Of a stretch of 64,000 nt of DNA, positions 30,358-40,218 are shown piece after piece. Under the pieces are notes generated by a model, which saw only the letters and a list, made by a program, of their open reading frames with translations, searched no databases and was not told the DNA's origin. Position 1 is the stretch's first letter, and each line of letters opens with the position of its first letter. Source of the stretch: Alistipes sp. (GTDB taxonomy: Bacteria; Bacteroidota; Bacteroidia; Bacteroidales; Rikenellaceae); the NCBI GenBank assembly GCA_017630455.1, contig JAGBVG010000062.1, positions 24,578 through 88,577 of the forward strand. The letters run 5' to 3'. Position numbers and translations under genes: made by a program.

Positions 30358-30930
30358 TTATAGTTGTTCGCTATCAATTAGCTTGTTAAGCACGGCATAC
30401 ACCGTGAGACCCGCAACGGAACGTATGCCTGTCTTATGCACTATATTCTTGCGGTGCGAGATCACCGTATGTGGCGAGATATTGAGCTCCGAGGCAATCT
30501 CCTTATTGGTGAAGCCTCGTGCCACAAGGATAAGCACATCACGCTCACGCTCCGAGAGTTCGTGGCTTTCGGAGATATTATGCTCCGAGGGCTGCTCGGC
30601 GGCCTCTGCCACTATGCGCTCCACATCCTCCGAAGAGCTAAAGAGGGTTATCGTGGCGTTGAAGCGACGCACAATCTCCTCCTCGGCAAGGCTACTGAGC
30701 ATTCCCACCACGGGGATGTTCATAAGTGCCGACGAGGACTCTATCTCATAATACAACGCCACCGAGACCACTACAACATCCACCTTCCCCGATGCCACGA
30801 TGCTCTCCACCTCCGCAATATGGCGATAGATGCCTACGACCTCGGCACGTGGCGAGCGCGACAATATGGAGGCTATACCCTCCGCAACAACCGATGCCAC
30901 ATCGACAATGGCTACTCTATATCGTTTCAT
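30358..30930 (-). CDS. LuxR/NarL-type regulator with degenerate receiver domain
   Basis: LSERERDVL..ARGFTNKEIA..LNISPHTVISHRKNI. Confidence 0.9.
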   Translation of the reverse strand: MKRYRVAIVDVASVVAEGIASILSRSPRAEVVGIYRHIAEVESIVASGKVDVVVVSVALYYEIESSSALMNIPVVGMLSSLAEEEIVRRFNATITLFSSSEDVERIVAEAAEQPSEHNISESHELSERERDVLILVARGFTNKEIASELNISPHTVISHRKNIVHKTGIRSVAGLTVYAVLNKLIDSEQL

Positions 30931-31637
30931 CGTGCGTTGTTTATATAAATTTCAATAAGTGGGCGAAGCAGATAGATCTCCACATTGCTATGACGGCGCA
31001 GGTCGTCACGCAGGGCATATATATGCTCCAACATCGTGCAGCGCAACTTCGTTGGGGCCTCCTCGGGGAGACTCTTGAAGATCAGCGAGGCGATGTCGTT
31101 CGAGCGGTCGTCGATATCGGCGTGCGGCATATCGAAGATGGTGCAATTATAGGCCACATCGCTACCCTCGGTACAACCCTCTATAATAGAGAAGATGTTG
31201 CGCTCCTCCTCGTTGAAGTGGTCTACGATATAGCTGGTATAGTCGCCATAGAAGCGGCGTAACACACTCTGTGACAATGGGTCACAGTGCTCGAGAATCT
31301 TCTCGAGATGCGCGGCTGTGTGTGGTAGCATCTGCTCGGCATAGTAGCGATGTGAGGCGCGCAAGTAGTCGATAACCTCGCGCAGCATTTCGGGTTTCAG
31401 GTGCTCCACCTGAGGGCGAAACGTGGTGTCGGTGTGCATCGATGCAAGCATCATAAATAGCTCCACGGAGTGTCCCTCACGCTCACACATCTCGCTAATC
31501 GAGACATCGCCAAAGGGTAGACGTATGTCGAGACGCGAGAATATCGACAGCAGGGATGGAGAGAGCTCCACAAGCTCAAAAATCTTCATCTCGGGAGAGA
31601 GTGTCGGCAGATGCGCCATATTTATCTTTTTATTCAT
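30927..31637 (-). CDS. Hemerythrin-like (Ric/ScdA-like) domain protein
   Basis: PFGDVSISEMC, YLRASHRYY, HFNEEE..IF, H, H..VE His/Glu di-iron pattern; overlaps the LuxR start. Confidence 0.78.
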   Translation of the reverse strand: MNKKINMAHLPTLSPEMKIFELVELSPSLLSIFSRLDIRLPFGDVSISEMCEREGHSVELFMMLASMHTDTTFRPQVEHLKPEMLREVIDYLRASHRYYAEQMLPHTAAHLEKILEHCDPLSQSVLRRFYGDYTSYIVDHFNEEERNIFSIIEGCTEGSDVAYNCTIFDMPHADIDDRSNDIASLIFKSLPEEAPTKLRCTMLEHIYALRDDLRRHSNVEIYLLRPLIEIYINNAR

Positions 31638-31805
31638 TGATAATCAATATGTTGTATAGTGTTTAACGTTGATATATGTAATATAATGCAAAGATACGCA
31701 TAATTTCGATAACGCACAAATCCCATCTAATGGGGATATTATTACCCCCAATTTCCCTATATTATGTGATTGCAGGTGCGAGATAAATGGTGCATCTTTG
31801 CACTC

Positions 31806-31922
31806 GAAAACCTAATGGTTCTCACGCAAGGAGAATTTAGGTTGTAATTAGAGATCTTTTTAGTTTTTATTGGGTGTTCTCCTTTGGAGACAAAGAGTCG
31901 GTGCCAGCGCATCGACTTTTTT
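31806..31922 (+). ncRNA. Candidate small RNA
   Basis: CATCTTTG promoter-like box at 31793-31800, 5' hairpin AACCTAA..TTCTC/GAGAA..TTAGGTT, terminator AGTCGGTGC-CAGC-GCATCGACT+T-run; the next gene has its own TACCTTTG box at 31981. Confidence 0.5.
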
Positions 31923-32007
31923 GTTTGCCCTCACCGCGACAGTTTTCCCTGCCGCGATTGCAGAGTTTGCAGCATTTTTGTACCTTTGCAATCCAAAATT
32001 ATAGGAT

Positions 32008-32904
32008 ATGGGCAAGGCGAAACTCAGCAGAAACGCTATAATAGGATATCCCGCGGGTATCATTACGGGTGTGACATACGGTCTCAATCCGCTATTTGGT
32101 ATGCCGTTGATGCAGGGCGGTGCAACGGTGGAGTCGATACTCTTCTTCCGCTATGGCATCGCAGTGCTGCTTCTCGGGGCGTTCCTGCTCATTACGGGGC
32201 AGAGTTTCAGAGTATCACCGAAGCAAGGAGCAATACTACTATGCCTCGGAGTGCTGTACAGCTGCAGCAGCATCTGCCTCTTCGAGGCGTACAACTACAT
32301 TGCCTCGGGACTCGCCACAACTCTCGTCTTTCTCTTCCCTGTGCTTGTGGCTATCATAATGGTCTTTCTAAAGGTTGTGCCATCGCTACCCGTGTGGCTC
32401 TCTATCATCGCCACATTCATAGGCGTTATCGTTATGACACGTGGCGACTCTGGCGATGCGATAAACCCCATCGGAGTACTTCTTTCGGTAGCCTCGGCAT
32501 TTGCTTACGCTCTCTTTATCGTCACTATAAACCGCAGCAAAACCATCGGCACGATATCCAACACCCTGCTTACGTTCTACGCACTACTTACAGGTGCAGC
32601 GATATTCTTCGTTAAGACTCTATTTGCCGAGCAGGGCTTAACCACAGGCATCGAGGGCATCGCGGCGTGGGGAAACCTTATAGGATTAGCCATACTGCCC
32701 ACCATCGTATCGACAGCCACACTTGCCATCGCCACCCGCAATATTGGAGCTACAAAGGCATCCGTTCTCGGAGTCTTCGAGCCTATCACAGCCATCCTTG
32801 TCGGCACAATAATCTTTGGCGAGGCACTAACACCCAACATTGTAATAGGCATCCTTATAGCCATCGTCGCCGTGACGTTTATGATCATAACAACAAAGCG
32901 ATAG
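32008..32904 (+). CDS. EamA/DMT family transporter
   Basis: About 10 TM segments, YGLNPLFG, IGATKASVLGVFEPITA. Confidence 0.9.
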   Translation: MGKAKLSRNAIIGYPAGIITGVTYGLNPLFGMPLMQGGATVESILFFRYGIAVLLLGAFLLITGQSFRVSPKQGAILLCLGVLYSCSSICLFEAYNYIASGLATTLVFLFPVLVAIIMVFLKVVPSLPVWLSIIATFIGVIVMTRGDSGDAINPIGVLLSVASAFAYALFIVTINRSKTIGTISNTLLTFYALLTGAAIFFVKTLFAEQGLTTGIEGIAAWGNLIGLAILPTIVSTATLAIATRNIGATKASVLGVFEPITAILVGTIIFGEALTPNIVIGILIAIVAVTFMIITTKR

Positions 32905-32911
32905 GTCTCCC

Positions 32912-34969
32912 CTATCGCTTTGCTCCCCATTTTGGTGTGATTCCTATGAATATCTCAAAGTTGATGCCAGGCATAGGGCGCGACAACACCGAGAGATACT
33001 CCTCATTAAAAAGGTTGTTTATCGTACCCTTAAGCGAGAGATCTGCCCACTTGAGGCTTATGACCCTCTCGAGCGAGATGTTAGACATAAAGTATGGCGG
33101 CAGCTTGCCCGTCAGCGAGATATCGTTCGACGACATCGTATATCGCTCGGAGTAGTAGCACCACTTATAGAGGAACGACCACTTACGCCACGTCAGAAGT
33201 CCCGTCACCGATGACGACAACTCTGGCACGTATGGCAGCTGCTTACCCACGGATTGATCTGCTGGGGTGCGAGGTTCACCCTCGTTGATGGATGGTGTCC
33301 ACGAGAATGTGCCATTTAATCCAAGCTGCCAATGCTTCGAAAGCACAACATCGAGGTCGGCCTTCAGCTCCACACCGTATGCGTGCACATCCTTGATATT
33401 CTCGGGCGAGAAGAAACCCTTGGTTGTTGGCAGCCAGATGATCCAATCCTTGATAAACGACTCGAACCAACTTGCCGAGCCACTCAGCGAGTATACGTCC
33501 TCTCTACCCACAGCGAAGGAGACTCCAGCGTCGTATGTCCAGCCGCTCTCCTTCTTTAGGTCGGGATTTCCACCCGGCAGGAAGTAGAGGTCGTTGAGAG
33601 TCGGAAAGCGGAAGTTACGCGATATGGATGCCTTAGCCACAACATTTCCCACCTCCGAAAGCACACCATCCACAAAGAGCGCAGGGATTATCGGCGTCCA
33701 CTCCTTGCCAAACATCTCCTCGCGAACAACCAGCGAGACTCCCAAACGATCTATAGGTCGCCACTTCGCCGACACCGAGCCAGATAGTTCGGGGCGTCCC
33801 TTCTTATATCCCACAATGGCCTTGTTACCATCCTGACGCACGATGTTCTTATCCTCGCTCTGCACAAGGTGCTGGTGCAGCGACACATTGGCCGTAAAGA
33901 GCCACCTCTTACCTATGGAGTACTCGCCATCCACCTGACCATATATGGTATTTATACGCGAGCGCGAGCGTGTCATAACTGCCATAACGCCATTTCCCAC
34001 ATCGCGCTTGTAGTCGTAAGCCATCCAGGTGTAGATATATCCCGCCTTAGCACCCATCTTCCAGTTGTCGCGCAGATGATCCCACGACACCACGCCGCGG
34101 AAGGTCTGCTCACGTTGACGGTTATCAAAATCGGTAGCATCGCCGTGATCTACGGTGAGCATCGCCAACTCGCGATTGGAGTTTATATACCAAGCATTTA
34201 GACCTATGCGATCACCACGTCCCGTGTTGTAGTACACCTCCTGGAGAATGTGCAGATCCTTATACGCGCCGCTGCGGTTACGCTCCACGGGGTAGTATTG
34301 GTCGATGATGTTCATATCCTCATCGTAGACATTCTCCTTCTTGTCGTGGTTGCGGAATTTGTAGTCGTTGGGAGATGATGAGTATACCGCACGTGTCGAC
34401 ACCTGCCAGTGGTCGTTGCCATACGTGAGGCGCAGGAACTCATCGAAGGTCCTAAACGAGCCTATGCCCTGAACATACTGCAGGCCGAAGCCACGGTTAT
34501 CCGCAGGCTTTGTGGAGAGTTTCACAGCACCACCCAAGCCACCTCCAGTCTCATTCACCGACGATGTGCCGTGCAGGAGCGAGGCGTCGTCGACGAAGAA
34601 CGAGGGGATCATCGAGAAGTCGGTCATACCGAGCATCGGCGAGTTGATCTTCATACCGTTCCACGACACCTGGGTATGCGATGGCGAGGTGCCGCGAAAC
34701 GACACCGTAGAGAGCGTCGCACGGCCATAGTTCTTCACAAATATCGAGGTGTTGAAGGTCAGCACGTCGGCCATCGAGAGTGCTATATTCTCCTTGAGGG
34801 CTAAGGTGTCGATGCGTGTCTCTTGTATGGCTATCTCCTTCATCGGGCGGTTGCCATACACTGCCACCTCACCCACCCGAATACCGCGTGTAGCCCAGTT
34901 GCGCGTATCATCTTGCGCCGCTGCAATGAGAGGAGCAAATAGTATAAATATTAGTAGAAGTCTCTTCAT
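32912..34969 (-). CDS. btuB: TonB-dependent cobalamin receptor
   Basis: Plug motif SFRGTSPSHTQVSWNG, RFPTLNDLY..GGNPDLKKE, NNLFN; downstream of a cobalamin riboswitch. Confidence 0.85.
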   Translation of the reverse strand: MKRLLLIFILFAPLIAAAQDDTRNWATRGIRVGEVAVYGNRPMKEIAIQETRIDTLALKENIALSMADVLTFNTSIFVKNYGRATLSTVSFRGTSPSHTQVSWNGMKINSPMLGMTDFSMIPSFFVDDASLLHGTSSVNETGGGLGGAVKLSTKPADNRGFGLQYVQGIGSFRTFDEFLRLTYGNDHWQVSTRAVYSSSPNDYKFRNHDKKENVYDEDMNIIDQYYPVERNRSGAYKDLHILQEVYYNTGRGDRIGLNAWYINSNRELAMLTVDHGDATDFDNRQREQTFRGVVSWDHLRDNWKMGAKAGYIYTWMAYDYKRDVGNGVMAVMTRSRSRINTIYGQVDGEYSIGKRWLFTANVSLHQHLVQSEDKNIVRQDGNKAIVGYKKGRPELSGSVSAKWRPIDRLGVSLVVREEMFGKEWTPIIPALFVDGVLSEVGNVVAKASISRNFRFPTLNDLYFLPGGNPDLKKESGWTYDAGVSFAVGREDVYSLSGSASWFESFIKDWIIWLPTTKGFFSPENIKDVHAYGVELKADLDVVLSKHWQLGLNGTFSWTPSINEGEPRTPADQSVGKQLPYVPELSSSVTGLLTWRKWSFLYKWCYYSERYTMSSNDISLTGKLPPYFMSNISLERVISLKWADLSLKGTINNLFNEEYLSVLSRPMPGINFEIFIGITPKWGAKR

Positions 34970-34984
34970 AGTAGTGCTAACCTC

Positions 34985-36055
34985 TTATTTCCAGCAGAAT
35001 GCCCCGGGGATGATACCCACATAAAAACTATCGAGCAACTCTCTATCCTTGGAGTAGCGATATACCATTCCCTGCTGCACATAGTCTATAGCATCGGCGA
35101 TATATACATCCCCCGTGTGTGGGCACACCGTGAGACCATAGTATAGCGTGTTGTCGTAGGGCAGGAAGGGACGTACAGGCACCATATCTGCCGTTACGTC
35201 CATCTCCCACACATCATCATTGAGCCAGTATATCTTATCCTTCGTGCCGTTTAGTTGAACCTCCGATGGACAGTCGCCAAAGTCGAATTTAAACTGCTTT
35301 TCGATGGTGAAGGTCTCGGCATCAATGCGATACAAGGATGGTGCTTCGTGACCATACGGCGAGCCATCATATCCGCCATCCGTCACGGTCCACAGCTTGT
35401 TGTTGCAGTCCATAACCAGCGACGTGGGCTGAATACCAACCACCAACTCATCCACAACCTTGTCGGTCTCGGTGTCGATCTTGATGATACGGTTTTGGTA
35501 GGACCAGCAGTTGACGTAGACATACTTGCCATACTGCACCATCTGCTCCGTAGATCCCGACTCCATCGTCATATTCGGAATGTCGATATACCCCGTAATC
35601 TCATAACGCTTGGGGTTTACGATGAAGATGCGGTTATCCCATATCTGCGTTATGTATGCCTTCTCGTCCGAGATGAAGTGTATGTAGCGTGGCGATGTGA
35701 GGTTTGTGATGCGTCCCACCTCCTTGAAGGTGTTTATGTCGATGGCAAATACCACGTGGGAGTTGTTCACCACCACCCAGCCTATGCCATCGCGGATTAT
35801 CATACTCTGACACACGTCGCCGAGCTTCATAGCGTTGGCGCGATAGAAGATCTCGTTCTGCACCGTCTTGGTCTCAGGATCATAGTACGACAGCGTGGCG
35901 TTGCCATACTGGAAGTTACCCTCGTTGCAGATGAAGAGACCCTCGCCCGATGCCGAGATGTCAAACTCCTCCTCCAGGCCATACTCCCACTTCATACACG
36001 CCACCGAGAGCAGCGCCACCATCATCATCGCTATCTTTGTCACACGTCGCATCAT
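34985..36055 (-). CDS. btuG: BtuG-like beta-propeller B12-binding lipoprotein
   Basis: Lipobox VAC, NEGNFQYGNATLSYYD, LGDVCQS, SPRYI, VGIIPGAFCW; directly upstream of btuB. Confidence 0.85.
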   Translation of the reverse strand: MMRRVTKIAMMMVALLSVACMKWEYGLEEEFDISASGEGLFICNEGNFQYGNATLSYYDPETKTVQNEIFYRANAMKLGDVCQSMIIRDGIGWVVVNNSHVVFAIDINTFKEVGRITNLTSPRYIHFISDEKAYITQIWDNRIFIVNPKRYEITGYIDIPNMTMESGSTEQMVQYGKYVYVNCWSYQNRIIKIDTETDKVVDELVVGIQPTSLVMDCNNKLWTVTDGGYDGSPYGHEAPSLYRIDAETFTIEKQFKFDFGDCPSEVQLNGTKDKIYWLNDDVWEMDVTADMVPVRPFLPYDNTLYYGLTVCPHTGDVYIADAIDYVQQGMVYRYSKDRELLDSFYVGIIPGAFCWK

Positions 36056-36063
36056 CGTCGTCG

Positions 36064-37809
36064 TTACTTAGTCATATTATAGTCGTAGAAGCCACACACC
36101 TCGGTAGATAGTTCTCCAAGCCAGCCACTCTTGGCATTTACGGCGCACTGCACCTTCACAAAGTCGATGTAGTCGAGCTCTATAGGCTCGCCATCGCAAT
36201 CTATTGCGTTCGAGATTTTGAAATGGTTGACATTGATCCCACCCTCTGCATTCTCCTCATCGGTTAGGCGGTCTATTGGGCTGTAGTTGTCGACATAGCC
36301 CCAGTCATACTTGTCGTTCACCCAATAAGAGCCATTTCCCGAGGCGTCGTAGTTGCGAGCCTCAAGACACGTACCTGTAAGGGTATAGCTATCCTCCTCA
36401 ATCCACAACGGATAGTAATAGTCCTGACGGTGGAACTGCTTGAGGTAGTCTATCTCGCCGCTGTTGCCGAGGTTATCCACCCACTGCACCGCCATCATAG
36501 TACCCGTAGGACGATAGTAGGTTACCGAGTATTCCTGCACGGTATTCTCTTTGCCAGTCTCCGAGCCTGCCAACTCATACCAAGTATCATCGGGCTCTCC
36601 GTTGCCATTCTCATCCTGCATAACCCACACTATGCCTGGCTCCGAAGAGCCGCTGAATGAGTTGCCAAGAATAGCAAGGTCGTAGTCTCCCGAGTTGTCG
36701 ATGCTATGGTCGAAGCCTACGACGATGTAGCCTCCGAAGCCACCGAGCGACACCCAGTTCTCCTGCGTGAGACGCTCCTCGGCGTATGCTATCGCCGCCT
36801 CCATCGTTGTCTGCGTGCCGTCGAAGCCTCCAGTTTTGAGTTCGTTGATAAACTGACCTGGCGCAGGGGTGTAGTCGTAAACCTCGCTCCAATTGGCCTT
36901 CGATGCGCCGCTCATAGGGCGATAGTATGCACCCTCCTCGTATATCGTCACTGCGAAGGTATGCGTGAGGGTTATCTGCTCATCACCCTTTGTTGTTGTG
37001 GCGGTTGCTGTGATTGAATAATCGCCCGCAGCATCTGCCGTAAACACATACGACGCATCACCCGCCACGGCCTCCTTATCGCCAACAGCCCAGGTGTACG
37101 CGACACCCTCGGTATTGCTCACCACAGATGGCTTGATGCGCAGTTTGCGACCCACAACGCTGTGGTACGTGGTGCGTGAGAACTCCCACACAAATGGCAT
37201 ATCCTCGGCTCTGAGCACCTCTATCTCAACGCTATCACTATGCTCGCCATCCTCGTTCTCCGCAGTTACGGTGATCTTGTAGTTACCCACAGCCGTAGCC
37301 TCGAAGGTGTAGGAGAGCTCCTTGTCGCTCTGCACCGTCACACCATTCACTGCCCACACAACCGATGTCTCGAGCGATGAGTCGCGCACCGTAGCATTGA
37401 GCACCACCTCCGTACCTATGGCTACCGTCTGGCGTTTGTTGCCCGCTATGGATACTATCGGAGTCTCCAGCTCCACCACGTCCACGCGTATCTCCTCGCT
37501 ATCCGAGCCGTAGTTGGTGGTGACGGTGAGAAGTATGAAATACTCACCACACTCCTCGCGCATAAACGTAAGCGATGGCTCGTTGCCTACCAACCTACCA
37601 TCCATAGTCCAGCTATATGTAGCGCCCTCTGCCGATTCATAGCCAGGAGCGATAATAACCTCGCAACCCTGCTTCACGGTGTAGATACCCGTAGGGCTGT
37701 CGAGGTTTATCTTTGGGGGCAACGAGGTTGTGATCTCCTCGTCTATGTTGCAAGACGAGGAGAAAACAACGATCACACTTAAAAACAAAAATTCTAAAAC
37801 ACTTCTCAT
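36064..37809 (-). CDS. btuH: PKD-repeat lipoprotein with BtuH-like C-terminal domain
   Basis: Three PKD-like units, then YTPAPGQFINE, SLGGFGGYIVVGFDHSI, EPGIVWVMQD.NGNG.PDD.WYEL, IDFVKV. Confidence 0.72.
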   Translation of the reverse strand: MRSVLEFLFLSVIVVFSSSCNIDEEITTSLPPKINLDSPTGIYTVKQGCEVIIAPGYESAEGATYSWTMDGRLVGNEPSLTFMREECGEYFILLTVTTNYGSDSEEIRVDVVELETPIVSIAGNKRQTVAIGTEVVLNATVRDSSLETSVVWAVNGVTVQSDKELSYTFEATAVGNYKITVTAENEDGEHSDSVEIEVLRAEDMPFVWEFSRTTYHSVVGRKLRIKPSVVSNTEGVAYTWAVGDKEAVAGDASYVFTADAAGDYSITATATTTKGDEQITLTHTFAVTIYEEGAYYRPMSGASKANWSEVYDYTPAPGQFINELKTGGFDGTQTTMEAAIAYAEERLTQENWVSLGGFGGYIVVGFDHSIDNSGDYDLAILGNSFSGSSEPGIVWVMQDENGNGEPDDTWYELAGSETGKENTVQEYSVTYYRPTGTMMAVQWVDNLGNSGEIDYLKQFHRQDYYYPLWIEEDSYTLTGTCLEARNYDASGNGSYWVNDKYDWGYVDNYSPIDRLTDEENAEGGINVNHFKISNAIDCDGEPIELDYIDFVKVQCAVNAKSGWLGELSTEVCGFYDYNMTK

Positions 37810-37815
37810 TATCTG

Positions 37816-39699
37816 TTATTTATCAAAACGTACTGCCACGTCGTCGTAGGCAAAGTAGCCAGGGATTGTGAAGCCATACTTGCCACCCATCTCCTCCGAG
37901 TAGAGGAAGTTGAGGCGTATCTTGGCAACAGCACCCAGTGGCGACAAATCCCACTTCTGCCAGTCGGTAACTACATACTTACCCTCGACCAAGTAGAACT
38001 CTACCTCGCTCACAGGCTCGGCATCGGCATCGGCGCATATATCGTCGAAGCCCTGTGCCACAATCTTCAACCACGCATCGTCGGTGAGACCCTCCCAGTT
38101 GCCACCGAAGCTGTTACCTGCCTCGCTCTTAACACCCATAACCAACTGGTTGAGAGTGTAGTTGGTGTTGGTAACCCACATATGGTCAAAGACGCGCGCC
38201 TGGCCATCTGCAAAGGCTATCTCAGGAAGGTTCTCCACATACGAGAAGAAGTCCTTATAGCCGTAGTGCACACAGAAGTTATCACCAGAGTGTGGCGCTA
38301 CAGGCACCATAAACTGCAGGTTAAACCATCCGAGCATTGTGTCGTTACCAGCGTTGTTAGCAACGTAGTCCTTGCCATAATACTTTGCAATGTGCATATC
38401 GCGATGCTCATCGTCATAACCCTCGCCCCAGTAGTTCGAGATGGCGTGACCACCACCCCAGAAGCAGTATGCGTAGTTATCGGGGAAGGTGTGTGTAAGT
38501 TCGGTGTTACCCTCATCCCACCAAGTGTACATCGCCGACATATAGTCTGCATAGGTCAGCGGACCGCCATACTGTGGATCGTCGATGAGGTCGCTCCACG
38601 TTGTAATCTCTCTACCTGCCCAGTCATCAGCATAGTCCAAGGTGTAAGGCTCAAACTTCGCATCCTCATCCTCGAAGGTCAAAACGCGCAACTCGTATGG
38701 GAGCTCTGGCTCTGCAACAACAGCTCTAACGTGCATCTTCACAATAGCGCTCTTGCCATCCTCCGACACCACGGTGATAGCCACAGTACCCTCCACATCG
38801 TAGTGACACATATCCTCGGTTGGTGCTGTAACAGCGAGGATATTCTCGGCGTATGCAGCCCTCCAACCCTCAGGGGTGTTTATAACATAGTCGGCGATAT
38901 TCTCAGCCTCAACCACAAACTCCACTGTTGTGCCGTATGCCACCTCCGCTACCTCCGCAGCATCTACGATGATGAACTTTGGCACACTCTCGTCGTAGCG
39001 TGCGAGGCGCAACTCTGTGCCATTGGCAAGTGTGATAACCACATAGTCAGGGTTTGATGTATCAACGCTCTTAAATAGCGAGTCGCCCGCAGCACCAGTA
39101 GCACCGTCTGTACCATTAGTACCGTTAGTGCCATTTTGGCCATCCTTACCCTCAGCAACCACGCCTGTAGATGTCCAGGTAAGACCACCATCAACAGATA
39201 TCTCCCACTCCTTGGTCGAGTCATTGATACGCACCTGTGGGGCTATGGCATCCTGGCCGTTCGCACCATCCTCGCCGTCGATACCGTTAGCGCGTACCTT
39301 CTCACCATTTACCAATAACCACTCACCATCCACGGTCCAGTAGTAGTTGCCATCCTCGCCCTGCATCACAGAGATTACAGGGGCGTTAGTGCCATTTGCA
39401 CCATTAGCACCATCCTTACCATTGCGAATTTCGGCAGTTGTGCCATCCGAGAACACAATAGTGTAGCCATCTGCGGTAGGTGTCACCGACACCACGTATA
39501 CGTTCTTCTGCAGTGCATTCACCAATATCTGCAGCGCCACGATATCCTCGTTGGTCTTGATCACCGCACGCTCGAGAGTCTCTACTCGTTCCTTCACATT
39601 ACCAATCTCATTCCAGATCTTGGTGTCATCGTAGGAGCATCCTACCACTGCCATAAGCGTAACTGTTGCGCTTAGAGCCAAGCATAAAAATCTTCTCAT
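37816..39699 (-). CDS. Lipoprotein: coiled-coil/DUF4988-like N-terminus, collagen-like repeats, C-terminal DUF4465-like domain
   Basis: GCSYDD signal, heptad segment, G-X-Y runs, YYWTVDGEWL; C-terminal WGGGHAISNY, VTNTNYT, DWQKWDLSPLG, PGYFAYDD. Confidence 0.7.
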   Translation of the reverse strand: MRRFLCLALSATVTLMAVVGCSYDDTKIWNEIGNVKERVETLERAVIKTNEDIVALQILVNALQKNVYVVSVTPTADGYTIVFSDGTTAEIRNGKDGANGANGTNAPVISVMQGEDGNYYWTVDGEWLLVNGEKVRANGIDGEDGANGQDAIAPQVRINDSTKEWEISVDGGLTWTSTGVVAEGKDGQNGTNGTNGTDGATGAAGDSLFKSVDTSNPDYVVITLANGTELRLARYDESVPKFIIVDAAEVAEVAYGTTVEFVVEAENIADYVINTPEGWRAAYAENILAVTAPTEDMCHYDVEGTVAITVVSEDGKSAIVKMHVRAVVAEPELPYELRVLTFEDEDAKFEPYTLDYADDWAGREITTWSDLIDDPQYGGPLTYADYMSAMYTWWDEGNTELTHTFPDNYAYCFWGGGHAISNYWGEGYDDEHRDMHIAKYYGKDYVANNAGNDTMLGWFNLQFMVPVAPHSGDNFCVHYGYKDFFSYVENLPEIAFADGQARVFDHMWVTNTNYTLNQLVMGVKSEAGNSFGGNWEGLTDDAWLKIVAQGFDDICADADAEPVSEVEFYLVEGKYVVTDWQKWDLSPLGAVAKIRLNFLYSEEMGGKYGFTIPGYFAYDDVAVRFDK

Positions 39700-39894
39700 A
39701 ATGTTTTGTTTAAAGGTCATTCTCCGTAAACTTAAACACTACGATGATTGTGCGGTGTGGGATGTGTGCCGTGAAGTAGTGATGCAATACTCCTATTGCT
39801 CCTCTCCTTCCATTCTCACCCTCCAAAGTATGTAAACCTGATAAACTCAAGTCGCAGACTCGCCCATTCGCCGCAGGCACAATCTCGTAATAAA

Positions 39895-40068
39895 TGCTTG
39901 GCAGGTCTTCTGACTCGCCTCCGTCTGCGAAGCCTTCCCAGGGTACTCCCCAGTGGCTAATGATGTCGCAGAGCTTTGTGAGGCTCACAGCAGCGGGAAC
40001 TGTCCGGGATTTTCACCCGATTCCCTTTTAATCTCTATCGTGGCACGCAGCCACGGAGAACCAATGCA
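39895..40068 (-). ncRNA. Cobalamin riboswitch
   Basis: Minus strand GGTT..AAAAGGGAATCGGGTGAAAATCCCGGACAGTTCCCGCTGCTGT..GCCACTG..GGGAAGG..GAGTCAGAAGACCTGCC; TACCTTTG box at 40073-40080. Confidence 0.96.
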
Positions 40069-40218
40069 AGGGCAAAGGTAAGAAAAAAGTGTGACCTGCA
40101 AAAACAAATCACACATTTTTTTTGAGAAAATCGTAAAAAGGAGTGAGCGGCAATAGGTGTGCTACGCACAAAGATTGAGCAACATAGAGGCCCCGCCACG
40201 CGCCACAGAGGGATATCG

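Noticed and set aside
39710-39988. 92-aa ORF as a leader peptide of the btu operon
   Set aside because: It begins at a non-ATG codon inside the conserved riboswitch aptamer; no independent support
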